From assembly GCF_009914755.1 (NCBI RefSeq), contig NC_060929.1: a stretch of 64,000 nucleotides of DNA; one strand, given 5' to 3'. The notes below the pieces were generated by a model. It was not told the DNA's origin. It saw nothing but the letters and a program-made list of their open reading frames with translations, and made no database searches. This document shows, one piece after another, positions 1 to 11,810 of this stretch. Made by a program: the position numbers and the translations under genes. Position 1 is the stretch's first letter, and each line of letters begins with the position of its first letter. This stretch comes from the human T2T-CHM13v2.0 reference genome, Homo sapiens.

Positions 1-580
1 AATTCTGTTGGAAGGACTAGGTCCGTGGTCTTTCAACTCTGCTGTGCTGTGCCCTCCCAGGCTGAGCAACTGGGACCTTTGAATCTCAATGTTCTTCTCT
101 TGTGGAGGGAGGACCAGCTGGCGGCAGGGGTTGGGAAGTCACTTGGAGAACTTCTTAAACATGCAGCTTGCTGCACCTTCGGCATCAGAATCTCTGGAGA
201 CAAGCTTGGAAACTGGCATCTTAAATTATGTCCCTGACACTTAAGCAGCCAGTTGATCTTGATCCTGAGTCCTGTACTGAAACCACTGGCCCCTTCTCAG
301 AGATCTCCAGCTATAAATCTCAGGATTCAGAACAGTCAGTCCAAAAACAGCACTGCCTTCTGTATCAGTTCCTCCAGAAAGTCAGAGAAGGTGGGAATGA
401 GGACCCCTCTCCCATGGCATCCTGTGACACCATGCTGCATAAAGAAGCTCAAATGCCCAAATGTTCCCCTATCTCATGGGCCAGGAGGTAGGAAGTTATG
501 CTGTGGGCTGCCATCCTACTCTATCCCATCCCTCTGCCCCCTGGTAAGGCAGTGTGCTCATGCCTGGGCCAAATTCTTAC

Positions 581-662
581 CTGTGATTAACAGATCAGCA
601 GTGGGCCTATTCAATGCCATATCTAGCACACACGAAGATGCCTTTGACCAGGAAACACTTCA
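581..662 (-). ncRNA. Candidate internal exon of a minus-strand spliced (lnc)RNA
   Basis: Minus-strand acceptor ctctttctacttgtAG (AG = complement of 663-664) and donor CAG|GTAAGA (GT = 580-579); 82 nt of non-repeat sequence. Prediction from splice signals only. Confidence 0.35.
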
Positions 663-774
663 CTACAAGTAGAAAGAGTCCCAAGAAAGAGGTATTTCCT
701 TCCCCTCAGCCTGGGAAGCCACTGCCTGGGTTGTCCCATCCCACACTGTTTACCTCTGGATTTACAGTCTACCA

Positions 775-921
775 GCTCCATGTTGGAATCACCTGGGGCC
801 AACTGGAAAAGTCCAGATGCTGAGCTCGCACCCAGAGATTCTGATTGAATTGGTCTGTGGGGGGGCCAGGGAAAAGTTCCCTCAAGTGACTCTAATGTTC
901 AGCCAGCTTTGGGAACCATTG
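775..921. mobile_element. MER5-family hAT-Charlie DNA transposon fossil
   Basis: GGAATCACCTGGGG...CAGAGATTCTGATTGAATTGGTCTG...GTGACTCTAATGTTCAGCCAG...GGGAACCATTG resembles the MER5A/B consensus. Confidence 0.65.
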
Positions 922-1160
922 TGCTAGGTCTTGTGTCCCCTCTCTTGGGGCAAGGTGGGCTATAGCTTCCCTGGCTTCTGTGGGACTGGCCCAGCCTAGC
1001 ACTGATGTGGGCATGGCCATGGCCCATAGGTCGCCTCCTGGGCAGGCAGACGACAGAATGGGGTCAGCTCTGAGACTCTGGCTGCTCCCAGAGCCTATTC
1101 TGGAGGAGGTGTGTCCGTGCAGACCAGGATGGCCCCCGGCTCCCTCAGTGCCCACATTAC

Positions 1161-1224
1161 CTGCTAACACAGCTTGCACGCAGCTTGACCTCCATACTCA
1201 CAGGCAACAACCCCTTTTCCTTTT
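1161..1224 (-). ncRNA. Candidate internal exon of a minus-strand spliced (lnc)RNA
   Basis: Minus-strand acceptor cattttctaatttcAG (AG = complement of 1225-1226) and donor CAG|GTAATG (GT = 1160-1159); 64 nt. Prediction only. Confidence 0.3.
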
Positions 1225-1798
1225 CTGAAATTAGAAAATGTGTAACAAGCACTTGCATTTGTTCCTGTTCGCTACGGAGCAGTGTGATGCACCAGCAGTG
1301 TTGCTCATGATTTATGACTAAAAAAAGTGGTTAGGTGAAAAAGTAGATTTGTCCCCAGAGGGCTCTGTGAAGTGGCACTATTAATTTGGAAACATTAGCC
1401 ACCATGTTCTGGGCACCCCTACCTTGACTTTGTGTCATAGGTGATGACAGAAATAACAATCAATCGCTGAGTATGTGCCATCATGACCACCTCTCTCATC
1501 TCTCTAGACCTCCGTGTTTATCCATCTATAAAATAAAGAGTTGTGTTTTTTTGAGATTTTTCTGCTCTTGGTATCCTGTGCATCTCTGAAGGGTAATTAA
1601 GTCAACACTGATGATCCTTGGACTGCCCTTCTCATTGGAAGACTATTAGTCACAAATAGCATAAGAACTCAGGAAACGTTGAAGCTGAAAGTCAGAAATA
1701 CTGACTTCTACTAGAAACATACTCAATTCAACCTTTTTGCCATCCCCAGTATGCCAAACAGAGAATGTGAGGGAAGATGCCTTCAAATGTGCATTTCT

Positions 1799-2109
1799 GG
1801 CCGGGTGCGGTGGCTCACACCTGTAATCCCAGCACTTTCGGAGGACGAGGTGGGTGAATCACTTGAGGTCAGGAGTTTGAGACAAGCCTGGCCAACATGA
1901 TGAAACCCTGTCTCTACTAAAAATAGAAAAAATTAGCTGGGTGTGATGGCACGGCCTGTAATCCCGGCTACTCTGGAGACTGAGGCAGGAGAATAGCTTG
2001 AACCTGGGAGGTGGAGGTTGCATGAGCCGAGATTGTGCCGCTGCACTCCAGCCTGGGTGACAGAGTGAGACTCCGTTTCAAAAATAAATAAATAAATGAA
2101 AATAAAAAT
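1799..2109 (+). mobile_element. Full-length AluS (Sx/Sz-like) SINE
   Basis: GGCCGGGTGCGGTGGCTCACACCTGTAATCCC start, dimeric body, A-rich tail; TSD AAATGTGCATTT at 1785-1796 and 2110-2121. Confidence 0.97.
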
Positions 2110-2559
2110 AAATGTGCATTTTCACTACTCTGGAATGAGGAGTTTTTGCAAAGGAACAAGTGCCCCAAAGCCCCAGCTATCCAGGGGATATAGCGTTCCA
2201 AGAGGGGCTCCATGGAGCACAGGAGTCAGCCTCTACGTTTGGCAGCTGTGGGCCCTGGCTGAGAAAGAGGCTGAGGGGAGGCCTCTAGAGGAAAGGGGGA
2301 GTGCCCAACTGGCCAGGACATTTGTGTTCTGTAGCCCTTGAATAGATTTTTATCATGGGCTGGCTGGCTCTCTGCCCTCTCAAACCCCTGAGTGGCAGCT
2401 GAGCTGGGAACTCCATGCCTGTACACTCAGCTAGCTCCAGGCTGCTCTGGGGCTGATCCTGGGCTTAGAGGAGTGGGTGAGTAGCTCTCACTAGATCAGC
2501 ACTGAGTCTGGCTGGGGGTCCGCTCTGGCCTTTCCTCCTGGCTTTGGCTCTGATCTCAA

Positions 2560-2920
2560 TTAATGTGCTCTAAGCTGCAATTAATAGAGAACCTCACTGA
2601 TATTGGTTCTAATAAAGAATACATATGATCTTACATAACTTGAAGATCCAGTTGGATAGATACCAGGCTTGGCTGCTTGTTAGAGTAATGACATAATGAA
2701 AGACCCATATTCTTTGTGCTTCGTCCCTCTGCCATCTTTGATATTAACTTCTTCATCTGGGTGGTAGCAAGATAGTTGTTGCTGTTCCAGGCATCACTTG
2801 TGGATGTGATGATATCCAAAGGAAGAAGAGAGACTGTCCCTTTCTCTGGCTTTCTCTTAAGAGGGAGGAAATTTCCTTTCACGTCTCATAGGCTCTGGTT
2901 CAGTCACATGTCCGTTGGGA
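2560..2920 (-). mobile_element. MLT1K/L-like MaLR solo LTR fragment
   Basis: AAGATAGTTGTTGCTGTTCCAGGCATCAC and AATGAAAGACCCATATTCTTT are reverse complements of conserved MLT1K/L motifs. Confidence 0.65.
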
Positions 2921-4744
2921 TTGCTTGATTGGCTTAGATTAAACATCTGTGGTAGAATGGATTGGAGGAGTCAACCCAATGTTTACCATTATTTCTAGTG
3001 TATCTGTTTTCTTGCTTGATAGTGTGAACTGGTTTTTTTCTTTTTTTTTTGGCTTGGTCATCTTCCTCTTTAGCTATTTGCCAATTATCTCTCTTTACCT
3101 TCCAATTCCATTGTTAAAAGCCCCCTCTGAACTTATTGCAGGTGGACACGCCAAATCTAGACTCTATGGAGTCCAGGAATGACAACAATCTCATCTTGTC
3201 CATTGTTCCTCTTGGCCTGATCCATCTACCTCCAATTCAGTCTTTTCTCCTGACCCACGCCCACTGACTTCAGGGAAGATGGAACTGAGCTGTTCCCAGT
3301 GGTAGAATTGTGAACAGCATACAGGAGAGACCCTCAAAGCCTAACCTGGGAGTCTCCCAGCAGGCAACCCTGTGGTTAGAGGAAGTTGTATTCTTCTGTG
3401 TATACATGTGCATGCATGCAGATACATGTGTGAGCATGCACACAGTGAGCATGGGCTGTGGTGTGCACCCAATTAGACCCAACTGGACCTGTGTACACAC
3501 CTATCTTCTTTGTCATGCCTGGCTTTGTTGGTCTCCCAGATTCCCAGGCAACTCTTGCTACATTCTACAAAGGTTTTGGGGTTGCTCTTTTAAGAAATGA
3601 AATTGCCTTCCAGATGCTTCTTTCACTTATTTTTTTCCTCCACTTGACAGAACTGCCTAAACTTCCCATTCAGGGGCTCTAAAGAGAAGTGTATCATTTC
3701 ATGCTCCCTTGTTTAGCTTTTCCAAATCTAAAGCCAAAGCTGCCACAGCCACTGATTAACAGAAATCAAAAGCAAAGGCTGGGCTTTTGATGGGAAAAAT
3801 GCTACATTAGAGAGGGCTGGTTGTTTTACAATTGCAGGGTAAGGTCCATAATATTACCCACCACTGAATGGCCATTAGATTGCAAATTACTGGTCACTTT
3901 GCTGGACGGCTCAGTCATCCTGTAATCATGATCATAATATCCCCCTGTAATGGTCAAGCCCAGGCACCTACCAGGAGTCTGGTTGCTGAGGCGCCAAATT
4001 GCTGGGCTGTGTACAGTAATGATTATCGCAGCAGGACAGAAGAAAAGCTGCCCCGAAGTCCTGGGTGTGTGGCATTCTGTCCTAGTTCCCCATTAGAAAA
4101 CAGAAGGGCTGATGAGAATTACTCTAATGTTCCCTCTCTCCAGTGTTCTACTCATTGGGGGTCTAACTTTGTGTGGCTATCAGGTTCACATGGTGTCTTG
4201 GGCCAGCTGAGTTGTGAGCTCTGGGCTGACAAGTAGAAAAGGAAGGTTATTATTTTATTCCTAGCCTTTTGCTGTGGTGAATTGTGCCTGTGTGTGTATG
4301 TGTGTGCACACCCACATGTGTGTCTCTGGTGATGAGCATTGGCCATGAAACACACAGACTGCTTCAAAGTTATTAAGATGTGTGTGCATGTGTATGACAG
4401 AACATACAGGGAAGCCTGTAACTTTTCTATATTTTTAACTTGGGTCCTGGTTTCATATCTTACATGTATGTTATATGTATCCTTTTGTGGTACAAATATG
4501 AAAAATAAAAAGAAGATGCAAAGCTGATGGAGGGATGAGCTCTTAGCTCAACACTTGGCTGATCTAAGGGTCCCACAGGAAGCAGACGGCATGCTCCACG
4601 GGGCAGCTGGGGAGAGTTAGGCCTCCTAACAGAGGCATGGGCAGGGTCAAGGGCAAACAACAGGGGCGGGTGACAGGAAGAGGCCTCAGTTACTCCCAGG
4701 CCCAGGAGTCAAGGGGAGGGAGCTGAGCCTGAAGAAAAGGCTTC

Positions 4745-4927
4745 TGGGGGAAATAGGGAACCTGACTTCACTGTCCTTTTGCCCTCCTTTCTCTTATTAC
4801 TGCCTTCTCTTGGCCAAACCCAACCAGAAGCCAGAGGGCAAGGGAGCCCCTGGGTACTTTCTACAAAGGGAGAGCAGGCGAGGAAGGTGCCGGGGGATGT
4901 AGAGAGGGGTGTGGACATAGCCAGCAC
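4745..4927 (-). mobile_element. LTR33-like ERVL LTR fragment
   Basis: TTGGCCAAACCCAACCAGAAGCCAGAGGGCAAGGGAGCCC is a hallmark of LTR33/LTR16-type LTRs in antisense orientation. Confidence 0.6.
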
Positions 4928-5619
4928 TCAGCCCAGCATGTATTTGTTAATGGGGTGTCTAGCCATCGGCTGGCAGGAAGGGACTCTTGGGCCCTGCCTG
5001 GATTGGGTTTCTAAGGTCTGCTGTCTGGGAGTTACCGTGGCAGGCTATAGACGTGCCCTGCCTGCTGTGCCCACATACTTGGTCCATGGGGACAGTGATT
5101 CCTCAGCATACACCCAGCTTCAGTTCCTGCCCAGCACTTTGGCTGCCGTGCCTGTGGCTTCTGGGTTCCAAGAAATGATATGAGATGTCTCCCTGGCAGT
5201 GAGTGCCTTGAGCCAGACCTGGGATTAGAGGAGAGGAGGTGCTTTGGATAGGAGCTGGGGGGCACAGTGGGTGAGTGGAGGAGTCTCCCACAGGCTCAGA
5301 ACCTGGTCGCAAGCCTTCCCAGTGGCTTGCAAGGAGGCTGTAGACAGGCCCTCGTCTGTGTTTCCCTGCTCTTTCTAATTTGGTAGACATCGTGTCCTGC
5401 ATAATTTTGTAAGGAACTGCATACTCCTCGCCAACCCTCCTTGCCAGCACAGGGGAATGCTAGCTGAGAAGGGAGTGTAAGGTTGGCATGACTTCAGTTC
5501 CCCCAGAAAAATACCATTCCCTGCCCTGAGAACCTGCTTGTCAAAAGCTTTTAGCAAGGCTGAACTAGTGACAGGAAAGGACTCAGATGGCTTTCTGTAT
5601 AAATAAAAAGAGTAAGGAA

Positions 5620-5856
5620 AATAGCAAATGCTAATTGTGTGCCTACTCTACCCTAGGTGAGCTCTAAATGCTTTACCTATGTTATTTTGTTTGATCCTCA
5701 TGACAACTCTATGAACCAGGTACTAAAGCTATCCCCACTTTTCAGATGAGGAAACTGAGGCACAGAGAGATTAAATTACTTGCCCAGTGTCACACAGGTG
5801 GTAAACAGTAGAGCTAGGATTCAAACTTGGGCAGGCCGGCTGCAGAATTATGCTCT
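5620..5856 (-). mobile_element. MIR SINE (near full length)
   Basis: Core CAGATGAGGAAACTGAGGCACAGAGAGATTAAATTACTTGCCCAGTGTCACACAG is the reverse complement of the MIR core. Confidence 0.9.
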
Positions 5857-7394
5857 GTCCCCTTTTCCTTCTTGGCTAACTTCTCCTTAGTAGGTGCCAA
5901 GAGACGGGATGTTCCTAAATCTGAACTGAGTGTAGAGCTGGAAAGAGCTTTGAGATTCATTTAGTCTTGTCTTTGTGTTCTTACAGAGGGGGAAACTGAG
6001 GGTTCCAGGGGTTCAGTGATTGGGTCTCCAGATCCCTGCTCTGGAAACACTGGGCAGCTGAAAGGTGGCCAGCTGTGCCTGGTGATATTCTGGCAATTTT
6101 CCTAGCTTTGTTTACCAAGTAAATTTCTTTGAAGCAAAGTTCCTTTTATCCAAGAAGCAATGTGACCTCCAATCTTGTTTTCATAAAACGTCTCTGACGT
6201 TAGCCACATGAGGCAAAAGCCCTGGAGGTGTTTGTGTTGCCCTTCTGCTCCCTGAATCTGATGCTGTCTCTGTTTCTACTGTGAATAACAGTCAAGCATC
6301 AGGCCGTGGGGAGCCTGGGGGCCAGGTGAGCTGGGCATGCTGGGGCACAGATAAAAGGAGATCGTTCATCAATTTCCAGGGGGTTCAGGGGCACCTGAAG
6401 CATCTTTGTCTACAGAGGTCCTCGGCCCACCCTGCCAAGTGGCTGTCACAAAGAACAGAGTGTCTTGGGCCATGTGACCATGGGGGAGGGTGCCCAGGCC
6501 TCCGAGGGGGCTGCCAGCTTCTGAGCTGTTGATTCCATGACTATCGGATCCAGCGCTACAGAGAAAGGGCAGCATTCTTCCTGCAGAGGCTTGGTCCAAA
6601 TGGCCCCATGGCTTTCTTTTCTCCGGGATCAGCAAGGCTACTGTTGAGAGGGACAATCGAGGTTGTTGTCCTGGCCTGGCCCAGAGACACTGCTGCCAGA
6701 TGCAGAGCTGGCTCCCTGGGGCCATCCTTGCCACACCTGCCCTCCAGATCACTGGGTGCTCATGGGCCAGTGCCATACGGGAGCTCTGTGCCTTCCCACC
6801 TCCTGGCAGCTGAGGCCTGGAAGGGCAGATATCCCCTGGTCTAACCCAGACAGTCCAGGGGCTAGTGAAGAAGACCCCCACTCCTCCCATGTGCCCAGTG
6901 TATTTTAGTTCTCCTCTTGGATACATTAGAATTAAGACAGAGGTATTCTATGCCTCAAGGAGAAATTTTGTGCTACATTGGAGGACGGTCATTTACCCTT
7001 GTTTTCCAAATAGTGCACTCTCAAAGGGGTAAGTGTGTCATCCTTGTAGCGTAAGTGACAAAACAGATAGAGCTTGGTCTCTTAGGGTAAGGAACTGCTA
7101 TCTTTCCATTTTATGGATGCTCTTTTTTTAGTCCTTGCTCATGACTGTTTTGAGAAGGCTAAACATGGCCTGGACAACATCTACTCTTGGTATAGGGGCA
7201 AATGCTTTTTCAAGTTACAGGGAATGAGTGAGAGATCTCAGGCCTGGGTTTGGTAACTGGGGGGAGAAATAGAGAAGAGGTATCAGGAACTGCTTTGGTA
7301 CAAGGCATTTTAGTGTTTGGTCAAGGGATCCAAGAATTCCTAAATCCTGTCCCAGAATGGCCACTGTCCCCTCAAATGATTTTCTGTTCATCCG

Positions 7395-7900
7395 TATAGG
7401 TCAGGGTTGAGCAGGAAACAGATGACACATTCAAACTGAGTAATCGGAGGAGATTTTTGCAAAAGGATGACTTGTAAAAGTGTGGGTAGGATTTAGGGAA
7501 ATGAACAAAAGACAGTGCAGTATCCTGAGCTAACAACAGTGGGGCACCATTACCACTTCTAGGCCTGCAGGGCCCAGGGGGGATGTAGTTCCTGCATGCT
7601 GGAGAGAGAGATGCAGCTCTGGAAGACAGCCTACCAATAGCAGCCATGGCCTGTGGAGGAGGAGAGCAGCCAATCAACCATGATCTGGCCAGGAGGGATC
7701 CAGGGTAATCAACCTCATTCTCCTCCCATGCTGCCATTGGCCAGTTCCTCTCATGGGCCAAACCCATCCAAAGCCAGAGAGAGAGTGAGCATGTCGATGT
7801 AGCCCATAGGGTCACCTTCCTGAGGCACAAAGCAAGGTGGACAAGGGTGGAGAGCACATTTAGAGGGCCGGGTGGGGTAAAAGGAATGTATCCAGCACAT
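7395..7900 (-). mobile_element. LTR33-like ERVL solo LTR
   Basis: GTCAGGGTTGAGCAGGAAACAGATGACACATTCAAACTG at one end; GGCCAAACCCATCCAAAGCCAGAG and ...TATCCAGCACA at the other. Confidence 0.7.
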
Positions 7901-8137
7901 CTTCATGTCACCTGAATCCCATCATATTTCTAACTCCCAGCAAATATTAATATAAACACCCTAAATAGCAGGCACATTTGTAGTTTGTGTCATCTCTTCT
8001 CAATAATTTTGACTTCTTATTCTCATATTATTTGTCTACTAATGATTTTCATAAACATGATTTACATTTTACCATTGTATTAAACACATGAAAAGGTTGT
8101 TATATCTCTCAGAATTATTGGACTTTAGTGCCTAATT

Positions 8138-8335
8138 TAGTGGCTCACAGCTGGGAACAATTTGCCCCCCCCCGCTCTGCAGGGAACATTTCTCAGTGTT
8201 TGGAGACATTTTTGGGAAGGGTGCTACTCACTTGGTACACAGAGGCCAGGCCAGTATCCTACAATGCACAGCATAGCCCCCAAATGACAGAATTATCTGG
8301 TGCCATTGTTAAAGTGCTGAGGTTGAGAAACATTG
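8138..8335 (+). mobile_element. MER20 hAT-Charlie fossil
   Basis: TTTGCCCCCC...GGAGACATTTTTGG...AGAGGCCAGG...ATCCTACAATGCACAG...GAATTATCTGG...GTGCTGAGGTTGAGAAACATTG follows the MER20 consensus. Confidence 0.85.
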
Positions 8336-9223
8336 CTCTTAGTGGAGAAAGGTTTGGGCTCTGCTAAAGGGAATCAGAGAACAAGTGAAAGGAGAGATGG
8401 ACTTCTGTGTTTTTTGTTTTGTTTGGGCAGGGGGAGCCTATCTCAGAGGAAGTTTCCATACTCCGTCTTTGGGGAGGATGGCTCCTTTTTGGGCCCAGCT
8501 GGGCTCTTTGGGCTCAATCCCTGGGCATCCTGGGTATCAGTTGGACTGCAGGATTGAGCATCTGAAAAGCCAGACTGGGAGCTCTTGAGGGGAACATCTC
8601 GGGCCATGTAGATGACATTCTTAGCTTGCCTGCCCTTTGTGGCTGCTGGAAGTGGTACAGCACACTCTAAAGAACTATTTCAAGATGGTTCAGCCAGACC
8701 CACAAGGTCTGGCAGAGTTTTTGCCTTTCCCAGGCTTTGGGGTTCTCTGCATTTCAGTTCAGAGCTCTTAGAATGTTAATAAGTAGGGACTTAAAAAAAG
8801 TCCTGAAATAGTTCTCAGGACACGAAGAAAATGTCCTAGCTCAGAAAGTAAATGAGTGCAGTCAGCTGTCCTTTGTTAACTTGTTGATTAAACCTAGTCT
8901 TTGTTTCCTTTTTCTATTTTTTCCTATACCCATTGCGGGGTCATTTCCCTGCCTATTTGGGCCTGTGTTAGAGCAGAGCAGAGGGCAGGCAGAGGAGAAA
9001 ACTCCACATCAGCGCCTCCTTTGGCAAGTGGTTAAAAGACATGATAAAAGATGTAGAAGTAATGACTACAATTACCTGTAAAAATCAGGATTATCAGTTA
9101 ACCCTTGTCATTCCTTGGCTGTGTTATCACTTGAATGATATTAATACTTATTACATTTAATTTATTTTTTAAGCAAACAATTCATTTACATTGTTTAAAA
9201 CTGAAATAACAAAGGATTTAGAT

Positions 9224-9416
9224 TAAGCTTGTCCAACCTGTGGCCCTCAAGGCCATATGTGGCCCAACACAAATTCATAAACTTTCTAAAAACACTATGA
9301 GATTTTTTTGCATTTTTTTAGCTCATCAGCTATCGTTAGTGTATTTTATGTGTGGCCCAAGACAATTCTTCTTCTTCCAATATATCCCAGGGAAGCCAAA
9401 AGATTGGACACCCCTG
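9224..9416 (-). mobile_element. MER30 hAT-Charlie MITE with intact 8-bp TSD
   Basis: Ends AAGCTTGTCCAACC and AAAAGATTGGACACCCCTG; perfect TSD ATTTAGAT at 9216-9223 and 9417-9424. Confidence 0.92.
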
Positions 9417-10819
9417 ATTTAGATAAAGGAGAGAAACTCTGTCCTCCCACCTCAGCCTTCCCCCCTTAAAAGGCAACATCCACCCAGAGAGATAGTCTAT
9501 GCATATACAAACAAGTATGTATATACATGTTTCTTTTATTTTTTCATCCCATACAAATAGTAGTATATTTGCTTTTTTACTTATGAATATGTCTTAGAAA
9601 TCCTTTCATGTCAGTAAAGAACTTTCTGTTTTCTAAATGGATCTATGGTATCATTTGGTTATACCTTAATATATTTGGCCAAAAGTGACTTGTTTTAAAA
9701 AGCCTTCTGAATCTATTTCAAACCAGAAAGAATGCTCAACTAAAAACCCAAAACAAACAAACAAAAACTTATTTGGAAGTTCAGGCATGAGAGACTACTT
9801 TCTTCTACCATTTTGTAAAGCTTTCGTTTTCTCATCTTACTGAGATTTTCAGATTTTTTTCTGCACTTGCTCCTTAACATAAAGCCTCTATGAAATAGCT
9901 GTTCAGCACCATAGAATGTCCCAAAGGTTTGGATACTGCTTGTGACTTAAAAGGTGTCTATTTTATTACATTAGTAAATGTTTATTATCTTTTCTTATGA
10001 AAATCCAGCCTGAGCCAGTTGAATGATACTGACTCCAGAAAAGCCTGTTTGGGCCTGGGACAAGATATTGAGCCTCCCTGTTCCCAGTTTTTCCATTTTT
10101 AAAAACTGGATAATATCCTGGAGCCTTAGCAGCTTTAAAGCTTTGTGCTGGGCGGGACCAGCTCAGCTTCAGAAATAAGAGCCTGCCTATCTGTACTGTC
10201 TTTCTGTGGTACATCCAGGATGCGTGTGAAAGATGAACACATTTTAAGTAAAGAAAGAGCTTGCTGCATTTGGAAGCCAAAGAGAGGGCAGGCAGAAGAG
10301 CCGTCGGGGTGTACAGCGTTCTGGGGCTCCAGGGCTTTGAAATGCTTTCCAGTGTTGTCACTTGAATGTCGAACACGTTATTCTCAGTGGACACTAAAGA
10401 GAAGTACAGGTACCGTGGGCTCCAGGGGGATTCATTATTCAAGGCACAAAATTTCCTTCTCCGGCCTGCAACACATTATAATTCAAATGAGCTCAGCACA
10501 ATAGAAGAAAAATATGCAAGCAGATTTCTCTCTGTCATGTTTTTTCCCTCCTCTCTGAAGCCCTGTAATTACAGCAGGCAGGTGGAGCATCTGGGGTGTG
10601 GGGGAGTCCACTGTGTTTTTACCTTCCCAGGAACGCGACTTGCCTACCGCATCAATATATTTTATTTTTAATTAAGCGCTTATTGCAAAATCGGAGTCCC
10701 TGCACGAAAGCCTGATTCAAAACTTTTTTTTCCTGTCGTTCTCTGAGATGTCGCTGCTATTACTGTCTCAAATTTCCTTTTAAATTTTGCTGTTTGAGTA
10801 AATTAGTGCTGGCCTTTCC

Positions 10820-11810
10820 TGAGCTCCGCAGCTCCGAGGTGGCCCGACTGCCGGGCCTCCACCCCTTTTCCCCGGTCCCGGGTCGGTTTCTCCGGGCGCA
10901 ACCAGCAGCGCCACAAGCCGGTTGGGTCCCCTGGCTCCCTCTCCAAGGCCAGCGCGGTCATGCGGGCGGGCAGGCGGTGTTCCCCAGAGACCGCCCATCC
11001 CGCGGTGGGGGTGGTGGAACCGCAGAGGCCACCGGATACAGCGACCTCAGGCCTGGCAGCGCCCATGGCGGGCCCTGTGGCCCGGGTACTGCGAATCGCC
11101 GGGGCTTGGCGGCCTCTGGAACAGGGGCCTCCGCCTCGAGGAGGCGGCGGGATCTGAGGGGCCGTGGTCGCTGCACTTTGTCCGAGACCCCTAGATTGGC
11201 CAATAGGAGACCGGAAAGGTGCAGGGAGGGCCAGTGGGGCCGATGGGCCGGGGCCCCGGACAGGCTGGCGCGGGGTTCGGGGGTTCTCTCCTGTCTCTGA
11301 CGCCTGCCCCCGAGGAGGCAGAGCTGGGCAGCCCTGGGCCTCCGCCGAGCCCAGCTTTCCTAAGCCGGGAAGTCGGGGGTTCCTGGGCCGGGTGGGAACT
11401 GTCGTCCCTGGAGGACCCCGCCCCTGAGATCCCCGCCCCACATCCGGGTAGCGTGGGGGCACCTGGGGTTCCCGAGATGAGAACCGGTGCTCTGGGGGCG
11501 ACAGGCTTCGGCGGGATCCCTGCAAGCCGGCGGCCCAGGCGGGTGAACCCCCCGGATTCCAGCAGGAACAATCCCAGTCCCCCGCTCCGGGAACCAGGCA
11601 CTCGATGTAAATGGCTTCCCAGCCACCCGCCAGCCCTGCCCATGCCCGCGCCTCGCGGGGTGGCTCCCGCCTCGGCGCAGCCCCCCTGGTTGCTGGCTGC
11701 ACATCTGCTTCCGAGCCACCCAGGGGCAACTTGAGGCAATGTCGGGGGGGGCGGGGCCGGGACGGTGGAGGGAGACTGAGGCAGCAGCCAATGGGCTGGA
11801 AGGTCCGGCA
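10820..11810. promoter_or_regulatory. CpG island / probable promoter
   Basis: Abrupt ~1-kb GC- and CpG-rich block in otherwise CpG-depleted DNA; palindromic ATTGGCCAAT (11195-11204), AGCCAATGGG NF-Y box (11786-11795), GC box GGGGCGGGGC (11748-11757), ETS-like CCGGAA (11211-11216). Confidence 0.85.

Noticed and set aside
9902-9922. RE1/REST site TTCAGCACCATAGAATG
   Set aside because: Only the left half matches; the GGACAG half is absent.
581-11810. Assigning a gene symbol to the putative lncRNA
   Set aside because: I cannot confirm the locus from sequence alone; the resemblance to a known lncRNA region is only a recollection and needs BLAT.
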